Assembly: GCF_964213995.1 (NCBI RefSeq)
Contig: NC_135812.1
Span: forward strand, 43,896,001-43,960,000
Source of the DNA: Mustelus asterias
Lineage: Eukaryota
Direction of reading: 5' to 3'
DNA: 64,000 bases
A model generated the notes under the pieces. It saw nothing but the letters and a program-made list of their open reading frames with translations, had not been told where the DNA came from and made no database searches. Made by a program: the position numbers and the translations under genes. This document shows positions 39,821 to 51,405 of this stretch, piece after piece. Every line of letters begins with the position of its first letter. Positions within the stretch are counted from its first letter, which is position 1.

Positions 39821-42769
39821 AAATAATTTCAATGAAACGGAGGAAATGGCCTCATCGTTGAAATTTCTATTTTGAAAGCAATAACTAAGATCTTTTAAAT
39901 CAATTTCTTTACTGATTGTTAAAACCATTTGTCCCCATTATGGATGTTTCTCAGTTTTCTTTGCATGATAAAGCTCGGAAAACAAATCAGTGAAGAGGAA
40001 TTCAAGGACAAGAGTCAGACCAAGTTCAGAGAAAAATCAGGTTTTATTTTGATAATTTTGATAAAATGACAAGCGAAAAACTAAAGATAAAATTACATGA
40101 AATCATTAATAATTATTTACACACTTTATGGGCCTCAAAGCAGTTCCAAAAGTAATATGATTAGTTTCTACAATCACAAAATACTGCCAAGCTATTTTAA
40201 CTCTAAAATACATTTCTAATGTCAGTGGCCATACGTTGACTGCTAAAAAGAATTATACCACCATTGCATTATGAATCACAAACATTTTAAAATTCTAAAT
40301 GAAGTGTTAAATAGTTGATGCTAAAATGGAATTTTGCACCATGTGGTGTGAAAAGTATATCGTGATCATTATATGCAAAATAGCCAGTGTGTTAATAACC
40401 TACTTTTAGCCATTACTCAGACTGTATAAACACAAATCCCAATAGTACAAATGTGACATGTGCGTATCTCTGGACCTGGTTACCAATGGTCTGCAAATAA
40501 ATACTAAGTAAAATATTACATTTATCTAAATATTCAAAACTGACTTCTGACTCTTTATTTGACATCTGATATGCAATCCAGAAGAGCCGCCTATACCCTT
40601 TAGGAAATGAAACATTAGCACAAATTAATATCACTGAAAAACACAGATCTAAGGCAGCCTTTCCACAACTAGGTCAAAATACTTGGATTGACAGAACATG
40701 GAGATAGCATAACTGTAGTCTGTATTTAATGTGAAAGAAGTCTCTATGTCCTGTTCCCAGTAAAATTAAATTCAAAGCAGTCATTTCCACTCCTGCACCA
40801 GCCGTCAATTGTGTTACATAGAAACAGTAGGAATAGACATTCAGCCTTTTAAGTCTGCTCTGCCATTCGCTAAGATCACAGTTGATCTTCTACCACAGCC
40901 ACACTTTCCCGATTCCCAAAAGCACTGTTGGAAAGATTGTCAGGCCCATCAGAAATTAAAAAGAATTGCCAAGAGTTTCAAAAACAATAAAGAAATCAGG
41001 ACCAGAAAGATGGAATCTTTTCTGCATTATTGAAATAACTGAGGAGAATTTCCTGGGCCTCATGTTGAATGATTTTGTTTAAAAAAATAGTATTTGAGAT
41101 TGCTGTAGTAGACCGAGTTCTGGAACTATGACTACACTATGGATTCCTTCACTCTGCTAAGTACTCAGAAGCAGAGACAGGCATCATCCTGTAAAAATTA
41201 AAACAAAAACCTAGGAATGACAAAGAGAAGGACTAGAGAGATCAGCAAACACGACCCTGGAAGATCAAAAAGAGGCAAATTAAAAGAGAAACATACACGC
41301 TCAAACCTTCCAAGGTTCTTAGCTATTTGAGTCTGCAAAAATCAACAAGTGACAAAACACGATGCTCCCTCAGGCAACCAAGTGCAAAACATTCCATTTA
41401 CAATGGAGAAATCTCAATCTGTATTGACAATTATGAGATCGTATCAACTAAGTATTTTACTGAGAAATAATTTTCTAGATTTTTCTGATCTATGATACAG
41501 TTGTACTGGTGAATTTTATGACATATACACATTTATCATATAATTTCCCATGACTAACAGTTACGCCTTAAAAAAATTAAGTCAGAAATTATAAATCCTT
41601 TAGTATTTGAGTATCAATTAATAACATGAACTATCTCAACTATTAACATCCAGTGATAGAGCTACTACCAGCCAGAAAACATGATGCAAGCACACACATC
41701 CATAACTCCAACACAAAAGCTCCAAATCAGAGCAAAACTATCCCATGAAGTCAATAGCCTAGAATTAAAAGTGTAGTTGTTTCAGAACTGCATCCCATCA
41801 CACAGCTCAGATCATTTGCAAACCAATTAAATGTTTCAGCAATTTGTCAAAATTGAACTCTTCAGTGTTTGGTTTGTAATTACTTTCAATATCTGCTTAC
41901 AAAGTCAAACATTTGGGCCCTACAAAGATCCAGCACTACAAACAAGCCTGATTTTAAAAAAATCTTTGCTACAATATAAATTTTAACTGCCAAAACAGTG
42001 GAGTATACAACTGAAGTGAAATGACTGTTATTTCAAGTCTAGCAACATTCTCATAGACAAGCTCATGTGTTGCAAAGGCAAGGCTCAACATGTACTTAAA
42101 GAGGAAGCAGCTAAAAAAGAAAATGATACAAAGTTTTACTACAACAAAGAAATGATCTGATTTTGATTCCAAGTGTGCGGAAAAGTAACAGAAATCGTTC
42201 AGAGTTGGAGGTTTTTCACTTTCACGTGTCACTGTACAATTGCTTATCACTACGCGAGTAAAACTTTGCAAATAAGTCCATAAAGCCACTTCCTCTCATT
42301 GTTGCACAAGCTTCACCAGCTTTCCATGCCCCTGACATTCTTGAATATAATGGAGTGGTTTGCTTAGCTGTTTCAGAGGTGGTTAACACATAACTGGCCT
42401 CACCCATGTTTTCTTGTCTCATGTCCTATTTGCTCCTTCAACTGGACTTCTTAATGTTCCACTCTCCCATTGCTGGCTTCTCATTCAACTACTGTGCGCC
42501 TTTCTATCCAACTTGCCACCACCTTCCCTACATTTATAAACTACTCCCTCTTTTGTTGTTGCTCTCCGTCAGTCTCCCGCTCAACATCATTTTTATGTCA
42601 ACCTAATGCTAAGTGCTGAGACAACTCACTGCACGCTAGCAGCATTATAGAAATGCAAGTAAATGTTGGACTGCTCGACTTTAGCTATTAGACTAACTCG
42701 CTATACAACTAGTTTAGCTGGAAAAGGAGAAGCAAAAAAAATAATGTTCTCGAAATAGTATGTTACAAA

Positions 42770-43235
42770 ATCCTACACGCAGCAGATGGCTCTGCAGCAA
42801 TGTGGTAGGAGGCTGAGCCATAAAAGATTCTGGGTTTGAAGAGCAATTTTGCTGAACTAGCTGATCTCAGTTGGGGCAGTCGTAAGGGTGCAACTCAGGA
42901 AACCTGCTAAGAAATACATTCATGTAGGTGTTTGGTATAAAGCGAATTGGGCTGGAACTCTCCAAAATTGCACATCCCGCTACCACTATTTACCGTGGGA
43001 ACGGTGAATTTAGCACTCAGCCACATCTCCATTCACAGCAGTGGGACCGGAAAATCCCAGCCATGGGCGAGATTGGAAAATTCCATCCTTGGTCTCAGCT
43101 ACACTGACCAAACTCTCACATGAAGAATGCAATTTCAGTGAGGTTGTACGGAGCAACATCAAAGTTTCCCAGTCATATACCGCCAACCACCTTCCCCCAC
43201 CATCCAAAGGTCAGCACCCAGGAGGGAGGATAATT
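42770..43235 (+). mobile_element. LF-SINE-like relic with a MITE inserted at 42949-43089
   Basis: gctgaactagctgatctcagttggggcag and cacatgaagaatg motifs recalled from LF-SINE. Confidence 0.5.
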
Positions 43236-43756
43236 GGAAAAAAAACAAATTAGAACAACATTAAAACCAATCTTATCAAGTATTTATCCAATTCCTGTTT
43301 GAAAATGACCATTAAATCTACTTCTAACAACCTTCCAGGCACTGCATTTTATATTACAATTTGCTACATTAAAAAAACATTTTTAGATGTCTATTTATTA
43401 AGTATATCAACATTAGGAATAAATATTTGAAGCAATTGATTGCCTAGCTGACATAGTATATTTTCAAACTAATTTCCCAATTACCAGTTGATATATGAGA
43501 AACAACCATCCAATATAACAACCACAACAACAGATATTCTGCAGCCATTCAGAAGACAGCAGTTACTAAACAATAGGGTGGAGTATAGCAGCGAGATAAC
43601 AATATGGTAGCTTGGACAAATAAAATGTGCTTGAACCATGCCTCGAATCCAAACCATACAAAAGCAACAAAGAGATTCAATGTTCAAAACAGTACCATCT
43701 GTTCACAAAGACAATTTTCCCTTCTCTGCCAGGAGAATCAATTTACTTAAAAATGT

Positions 43757-44688
43757 TGATTTGATTTGTCACATGTATTGGTATGCAGTGAAAAATATTG
43801 TTTCTTGTGCGCTATACAGACAAAGCATAGGGACATAGGGAAGGAACGAAGAGAGTGCAGAATGTTGTGTCACAGTCATAGTTAGGGTGTAGAGAAAGAT
43901 CAACTTAATGTGAGTTAGGTCCATTCAAAAGTCTGATGACAGCAGGGAAGAAACTGTTCTCGAGTCGGTTGGTACGTATTCTCAGACATTTGTATCTTTT
44001 TACCAATGGAAGGAGGTGGAAGAGAGAATGTTCGGGTGCTTGGGGTCCTGGATTACGCTGGCTGCTTTTCTGAGACAGCGGGAGGTGTAGTTAGTGTCAA
44101 TGGGTGGGAGACTGATTTGCGTGATGAACTGGGCTTCATTGACGACCCTTTGTAGTTTCTTGTGGTCTTGGACAGAGCAGGAGCCATATCAAGTCGTGTA
44201 ACAACCAGGAAGAATACTTTCTATGGTGCATCTGCAGAAGTTGGCGAGTGTCGTAGCAGACATGCCAAATTTCCTTAGTCTCCTGAGAAAGTAGAGGCGT
44301 TGGTGGGCTTTCTTAACTATAGTGTCTGCATGGAGGGACCAGGATAGGTTGTTGGTGATCTGGACACCTAAAACTTGAAGCTCTCGACCATTTCTACTTT
44401 GTCCCCATTGATGTAGATAGGGGCATACCCTCCACTATGCTTCCTGAAGTTGATGACTATCTCCTTAGTTTTGTTGACATTGAGGATAAGATTATTGTCG
44501 TTGCACCAGTTTCTCTCTCTCTTTCCTGTACTGTGTCTTATCATTGTTTGAGATGGTATCATCAGCAAACTTGAAAATTGAGTTGATGGGGAATTTGGTC
44601 ATACAGTCAGATGTATATAAGGAGCATAGTAAGGGGCTGAGGACACAGCCATGCGGAGCACTCGTGTTAAGGATGATCGTGGAGGACA
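43757..44688 (-). mobile_element. Rex1/Babar LINE 3' portion
   Basis: APHGCVLSPLL..KFADD; WCNDNNLILNVNKTKE. Confidence 0.92.
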
Positions 44689-46579
44689 TAAACAAGCTAT
44701 CAAAAAAAGTACATGACCTGAAAATGACTATCTTGCTATCTGAAGTCCATACTGTATAATTAGCTGATCACAATCTTTGTTTCACAACATGGAAGCATTT
44801 AATAACTTTATTAATGCGCCCACTTGTGATTGAGATTAAGAAATTGTCAATGAGTAGCTAATTGTATTAAACATAACATAATGCTCCAGACCTACATTAC
44901 ACAATCACAGCTACAAGTACCAAAAAGTGGAGTGTATAGCTTATTTTGTATTTATCATTTTGCTTGCACTAATACTGTACTTGTCCCACATATCAAATTC
45001 AGTACAACCATTACTGCTGTCCTAGTTTTACTTTCATTCTGCAGTGCCATTTACATTCAAAGATGAAGCAAGAGACCTTGGGAGGACTTGATACAGAGAC
45101 CCTCACTTCATCATTTGAAGATTAAACCAAGGACATTTACAACCTGTCCCAGGTTCTGAAAATAAGCACAGGAAGATTGTAATGGCTACCCAAATCCAAT
45201 GCTCAAGGCAACAACTTGTACAAGGGACAAAGCAAACAATTATAAATTTCAATTTGGACCCGAGGAACTTGCAATTATAGCGGTTAGGTTTGTAGAATCT
45301 TTACATTCAAAGAAATAATAATGCATCACATTCTCAGAAAATAAATCTTGTAATATACACATGACTGGCTGTCTACCATCCATACTGTTTGGAAAACAAG
45401 TCGCCACAGCAAAACTTTGACATGCACCCCCTAACATTTATGTGTATTCACTCAAGATAATTATTAGCTTGCAAAAAGTAAAAGCTTAACAGTATGTACC
45501 CATCTTTCAATAAAGTTAGGAACATACAAAACCCCTGGAACCCTCAGTCCCCAAGTTGTTGCTTTCCAGAACAATGGACTTTTGGTAAAACATTAGCTCA
45601 TTAAGCCCAAAGGTTACCTTCACAATCCCCAAAATGATCTTATATCCTCCAGTGTCAGGATAACAACCATTTTAATTTCTTTTCTCCTTAAAACAAAATC
45701 ACTTTAATAATCTATTAAAAAAAATATGATTCAAGCAGGCATATTAAAAACTGCAATGTGCATGATCCATTTTCAGTCAATAATGCCTTAGAAACATTTA
45801 AAACGGCTGAAATTTATGTTTAATATTAAACTATATGTTGGCTATACAACAAAATTAAAACTAATTATTCTTGGTTAATTTGTAACTGAAATGTACTTTC
45901 CCAATCAAATTGGTTTACTGTGTAAATATTTAGGCGTTTGGTTCACTACATTCAATAATGTACTGAATGAAGTACGTGGGAACCCATTCTGTGTTGCTTT
46001 TTTAAAATAATGCCACAGCCACGAGCAAACAAACTATCAGTACATACAGATGATGCACAGCAAGGAGATATTCTGTTATCTAGGGGCAGATGTGCTAAGA
46101 TTTATGACTAATTAAAGCAAATTCCTAAAAGGCTGGTTTGAATAATTAGGTCACTTCCTTTCTCAAAAGGAGAATCTGACACCTTGAGCTGCGAAGTATC
46201 CCACTTCCCTGAAGCTTTTTGATGTCTGTGGAAAGGGCACCATTATTTTCCAGTGCTGTGTGTTTTCTAAGGGTGGGATGAAAAGGCCTTGCCCAGTAGC
46301 AACAGCAGACACTCTGACTGAGACTTTCTCCCCACATCACCACACAACACACGCAGGCACATTAAGCCTTTAAGGAAAGTAGTAAAATGATTCTCAAAGG
46401 CTGACCTGAGAGGTGTCATAGTCTTCATCATCAGGACTCAGTGCCATGACCTTTCACAATTCATGCTGCCCAACCAAAGAAATCCAGTCATGGCTCTAGT
46501 AAGCACACTCTCACAGAATACACTCAACATTCACTAAGGACCTTCCTCCATCTACTGCTGCTCAACCTAACTTCACAAT

Positions 46580-47060
46580 GAAGTGCCTCGCCATCTGCGT
46601 GATTGACAGCCGGACCGCTCCAATCGCTGCGCGGGGCATCCAAGGACCGCCCGCCCACCCCGCTCGCATTCGCCAATCGGAGCGGGAGTGGGGCGGGACC
46701 TTCCAGCTCGCAGCTGGCGGCTGGGCGGTGTCAATCAACGCGCGCGGGCGGTGCGTTAGCGATTCAAAAGTGAGCACGCGCGGAGGGGCGGCTCAGGCTC
46801 GGAGCAGCAAGCGCACACGCGGTGACGGACAAGCATTCGCCGCGGCCCAACGGTCACTGCGCATGGCAACTGCGGGAACCCCGCCTACAGGCCGGACGTC
46901 TTGCGTCATCCTGAGGCTTCCTCACTCCTATTAGCTCCAGCAGATGTCAATCAATAACGTCTGCCGTCGCGGTGTTGACTGAGGGTTCTCAGGCGATGGC
47001 AATAACTGACGAAATTGAGCAGCGTGAAAGGGGGCTGAACAAATTCGCGAACGAGATTTA
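46580..47060. promoter_or_regulatory. CpG-island promoter (gene unidentified, possibly bidirectional)
   Basis: Only non-repeat CpG-dense tract in the window; CCAAT at 46620 and 46673, GC box at 46690, TGATTGACA x3, TTTGAA (minus) at 46763, catggcaac at 46862. Confidence 0.85.
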
Positions 47061-47177
47061 TTTATCTATCAATCATTTTTTGTGCTGCTGTTTGTGTGGA
47101 AATAAGGGCTGTGATTTTAAAGGGGTAGTCCACTTGGTGAAGTCTGAATCGACACGGAGGATTGGGCAATCAGTATA

Positions 47178-47290
47178 GCAAAATATTGCAGATGCTGGAA
47201 GCCTGAAATAAAAACAGAACATGCTGGGAAAATAATTCAGCAGGTCAGGCAGCATCTGTTGAGAGAGAAACAGAGTCAATACTTTATAGT
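47178..47290 (-). mobile_element. Penelope-like 3' terminal fragment
   Basis: tcagcaggtcaggcagcatctgt, homologous to 22195-22290. Confidence 0.7.
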
Positions 47291-47324
47291 ATAAGGGTCT
47301 AGCGCATATAGGAATACTGTTAAT

Positions 47325-47617
47325 TTTAAGTTTATTTATTAGTGTCACAAGTCGGCTTCCATTAACACTGCAATTAAGTTACTGTGAGAATCCCTGAGTC
47401 ACCACACTCCAGTGCCTGTTCGGGTACACTGAGGGAAAATTTAGCATAGCCAATGCACCTAACTGTGGGAGAAAACCAGAGCACCTGGAGGAAGCCCATG
47501 CAGACACGGGGAGAAGGTGCAGACTCCACACAGACAGTGAACGAAGGCCGGAATTTAACCCGGTCCCTGGCGCTGTGAGGCAGCAGTGCTAACACTACTG
47601 TGCCATTGTGCCATCCC
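47325..47617 (-). mobile_element. V-SINE with tail type B
   Basis: Reverse-complement copy of 2997-3320. Confidence 0.9.
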
Positions 47618-47799
47618 TATGTGGGACTGAGTAGAGTACAAATTATATCAGCGATATCAGAGAAAATATGACCTGCACCTCAGTCTAGTGTTGGTCAGAA
47701 TTGAGTGATGTGGAGATGCAGGTGTTGGACTGGGGTAAACACAGTAAGAAGTCTCACAACACCAGGTTAAAATCCAACAGGTTTATTTGGTAGCAAAAG

Positions 47800-47836
47800 T
47801 CACTAGCTTTCGGAGTGCTGCTCCCTCATCAGGTGA
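47800..47836 (-). ncRNA. Minimal hammerhead ribozyme motif in pLTR
   Basis: UCAC-CUGAUGA-G-GGAG-cagca-CUCC-GAAA-GC-UA-GUGA. Confidence 0.75.
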
Positions 47837-47950
47837 GTGGGAGTTCTGTTCACAAACAGGGCATTTAAAGACACAAACTCAATTTACAAAATAATGGTTG
47901 GAATGCGAGTCTTTACAGGTAATCGGGTAATACAGGTAATACAGGTAATG

Positions 47951-48300
47951 GGTGGCGTGGTAGCACAGTGGTTAGCACTGCTGCTTCACAGCTCCAGGGA
48001 CCTGGGTTCGATTCCCGGCTTGGGTCACTGTCTGTGTGGAGTTTGCTCATTCTCCTCGTGTCTGCGTGGGTTTCCTCCGGGTGCTCCGGTTTCCTCCCAC
48101 AGTCCAAAGATGTGCGGGTTAGGTTGATTGGCCGTGCTAAAAAAAAAAATTGCCCTTAGTGTCCTGAGATGTGTAGGTTAGAGGGATTAGTGGGTAAATA
48201 TGTAGGGATATGGGGGTAGGGCCTGGGTGGGATTGTGGTCGGTGCAGACTCGATGGGCCGAATGGCCTCTTTCTGTACTGTAGGGTTTCTATGATTTCTA
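47951..48300 (+). mobile_element. HE1 V-SINE inserted into the Penelope pLTR
   Basis: Full head, V-domain and CR1-type tail. Confidence 0.95.
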
Positions 48301-48708
48301 AATCTTAAAGGTACAGAAAATGTGAGTGGATAGAGGGTTAAGCACAGGTTAAAGAGATCTATATTGTCTCCAGCCAGGACAGTGAGATTTTGCAAGCCCA
48401 GGCAAGTCGTGCGGGTTACAGGTAGTGTGACGTGAACCCAAGATCCCGGTTGAGGCCGTCCTCATGTGTGCGGAACTTGGCTATCAGTCTCTGCTCAGCA
48501 ACTCTGCGCTGTCATGTGTCGTGAAGGCCGCCTTGGAGAACACTTACCTGAAGATCAGAGGCCAAATGCCCGTGACCGCTGAAGTGTTGGGGAATTAGAT
48601 TAAAACTAAACGTCACGTAAGATTACCTGTAAAGACTCACATTCCAACCATTATTTTGTAAATTGAATTTGTGTCTTTATATGCCCTGTTTGTGAACTGA
48701 AATCCCAC

Positions 48709-48745
48709 CCACCTGATGAAGGAACAGCGCTCCGAAAGCTAGTGG
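48709..48745 (+). ncRNA. Minimal hammerhead ribozyme motif in pLTR
   Basis: CCAC-CUGAUGA-A-GGAAC-agc-GCUCC-GAAA-GC-UA-GUGG. Confidence 0.7.
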
Positions 48746-49559
48746 CTTTGTCTACCAAATAAACCTGTTGGTCTTTAACCTGGGGTTATGAGACCTCTTA
48801 CAGAATTGAGTGCACAGGCAAGATTGGAGACAACTCCTAGGTTGAACACTTTACTATATATAGGTGCGTAGCTTTAGTAATTAGTTTTTGTAATTAATAA
48901 ATACGAACAGTTGATCAACTTAAGACTACAAAAGCTTCATTATGACTTACCAAATGGTGTCTGACACCTTCTAACATGGTGGCAGCAAATGAAAAAACAC
49001 AAAACCTTGCAAAAAATGCAGATTAAAACTAAACTTCACGTAAGACTAAAGAAAAATTCAAAGAAGCATTCTGACCCTGAAGAAAATTGCCAGGCAAAAG
49101 CTTTAAAGAAAGGATTGGAAGCTGAAAATAGAAATTTAAAATTCCTCACTGTAGCAGGAAACCGCATGGGATCCCTTGGAAGTCTAGCTTCAATTCTCAG
49201 AGTGCAGAGTCAGCAGACCTAGCAGGGGTGAGCTAAAGCCTTTAAATTCCAGGATGAAGCAAGTCCTGAGGAATTTTAAAATAATTCAGTGGTCAAAAAT
49301 TGCTGTTTAAAATTCGTGTCAGAAAAAACAAATTCCTGAGTCGGCGCCTAGACACGCTTCTGCGTTCACTCTGACAAAGAAAATGAATTGATTTGGAAGA
49401 ATTGCCATGAAAGGATCAGCTTTTAAGACCTTTTAAGGCCAAGATTCGATACATTTAGTGAAGCAGAGTTCTGAAACCGAGAAGTCAGTGGCTGGTGATT
49501 CAAGCAGCTATTGTTTTTTTCAATGTTAAGCATGAGGGCTGTTGCAATGGCAGCCCACT

Positions 49560-50460
49560 AAAACCAACAAGCACGGGTTAACCCTTGGGTGCGCTTGTCC
49601 CGCTAGTTGATTGGTGTAGTGAGCAGGTGAGATCAGGCGAGAGGGGAAAACTCAGGTTCATGCCATGTTTTTCGCCTCACGATGTTACCGGCACTGTTCT
49701 GCCAGCGAAATATTCAATAATCATTCAGTGATTTAAATATCATTAGTGAGTTCTGAGCTCTATCGTCCAGGCTCAATTGTACTTACCCCCTCACCAGTCG
49801 AGGTCCTCACCAGCAAGGGTTACATATAGTCCCCACCAAACAAAAACCTGACATGATGGCCTCGCCAGTGGTATCGGATGCCGTTGAAGCCCCCCAGGTG
49901 GTTGGGGCTGGGTCAGGCAGTGCCCCTTGGCCGGTGCCAGCCTGGCACTGCCTAGAAGGGGACGAGGCCTAAAGAAGTGGTTCCGTGATGGTGATGAGGA
50001 GGCTGGGGGAGGGGAGTTCTGTAGGGGTCAGAGGGGAAGGGAAGGGAGCACTCTGCATGGGGGGGTGCAGTGGGGATGGGCCAGGGAGGTTTTGGGTGGG
50101 GCGTGAAGATGGCAATCGGAGGGCATGTCAGGGAGGGGACGCGATGTCTGGGGGGGGGTGTCAAATGGAGGGGAGTGGGCACAATGTCTGGGGAGGGGAT
50201 TGATGTTCAGGGAGAGTGTGATGTGGGGGTGGCAATCAGGAGGTGAGGGGGAAGGGGGGTGCGAATGACAGATCTCCCAGTGTACTGTGTACACAGTTGG
50301 AGATTGGGACAACTGAGCAAGGCACTCCTAGAACTCTGCGTCCGGCTCCTGGCATGATTAGGCGGTGTACAATTGTATCTGGGAGCTCACCCAATAAACG
50401 GCATGACTCTCTCCCATCTTCACGCTCATTCGGCACTTAGAAATTTTTGGTAAGATACCC
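49560..50460. mobile_element. Probable non-autonomous DNA transposon with a G-rich core
   Basis: GC-rich insert interrupting the gag-like sequence; G-skewed 49990-50260; family not determined. Confidence 0.35.
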
Positions 50461-50784
50461 CCCACCCCCCAGTCTTCAAATAGACGATGGTGCCATTTTG
50501 ACTTTCAGCAAATTCTTAAAGCTGATTCTGAAACTAGGTTGACTCAGACACAATGGGTCAAATTTCCTCCTGTGCACTAACCATTCTATCATTCTGTTTG
50601 CTGACTTCAAGGGTTCTGCACAAACCAACTGTTCTCAGGTGTGGATACATTAGCTTGGACTTGGAGAATCAACAGATGCTCCACCAAACAGGACAAGCTG
50701 CTGAAATTGGAAGGAGTGGGAGGAGGGTTGTCAGCAGGAGACCATTTTCTTACTGGAGAATTATTTGTCTTGACAATAAAGGTT

Positions 50785-51405
50785 GTCCAGACGGAAGAAA
50801 AAGACTTGTTTTACTCCTCATAAGAATCTCAACGAGGCCAGAGTTCCGTCACCAACACCCATTATTTACATAGCGAGTGGAGCATCACTTCTGCAGCCAC
50901 AGTACACAGATCAAGCCCAGGGGTCCTTTGGCTGCTGGCCTGAGTAGATACAGCTCATTTTAAACTCCGGATGCTCTTTTCCTATTGGACAAGCCTCCAC
51001 TCACTTAATAGGGGAACTTATACTCCATAAGGCCCACAGGGAGATCTATTGACGATCCCCCGTGGCTGTCATAACACTGACCCTGTATGTCTTCAGTCTG
51101 AACTTCCACTATAGTAACCACACGTTGGGTGGCTTCTGCTTGTACGGCAATAGACATCAGTCACCAGAAGCTGCACTGTGGGTGCGCACACAAATGTGCT
51201 AATAGAGTTGGTCACCACTTCCCTGTTGACGAGGATGGGCCCCAAGCCAAGTTCGATGTAAAGCCCTTGCCAGGTTGGTGTCAGACTCCCCCATGCTCCT
51301 TGACATTGGTTGCAGGCTTTCTGGCAGGCCTTGCAGTGCAGCAGGCGTTACATTTTGTATATCCATAGCCTATTCTTGTCGACCTCACCATTAAAATCCT
51401 CGCCT
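50785..51405 (-). mobile_element. Second LTR element fragment (LTR-like tgt...aaca at 50785-51076 plus internal piece)
   Basis: TG...CA ends; AATAAT/TTTAAA motifs on minus; ggcgaggat PBS-like remnant near 51400. Confidence 0.35.

Larger units (their letters stand above)
47706..48800 (-). mobile_element. Penelope element: GIY-YIG C-terminus with inverted pLTRs and TSD
   Basis: ~180-bp inverted repeat 47744-47924 / 48621-48801; HFSGHGH..LQGGLHD..AEQRLIAKFRTHEDGLNRD on minus; TSD cagaattgag at 47696-47705 and 48801-48810. Confidence 0.92.

Noticed and set aside
46578-47178. ORFs across the CpG island
   Set aside because: GC-rich promoter sequence with no recognisable protein similarity.
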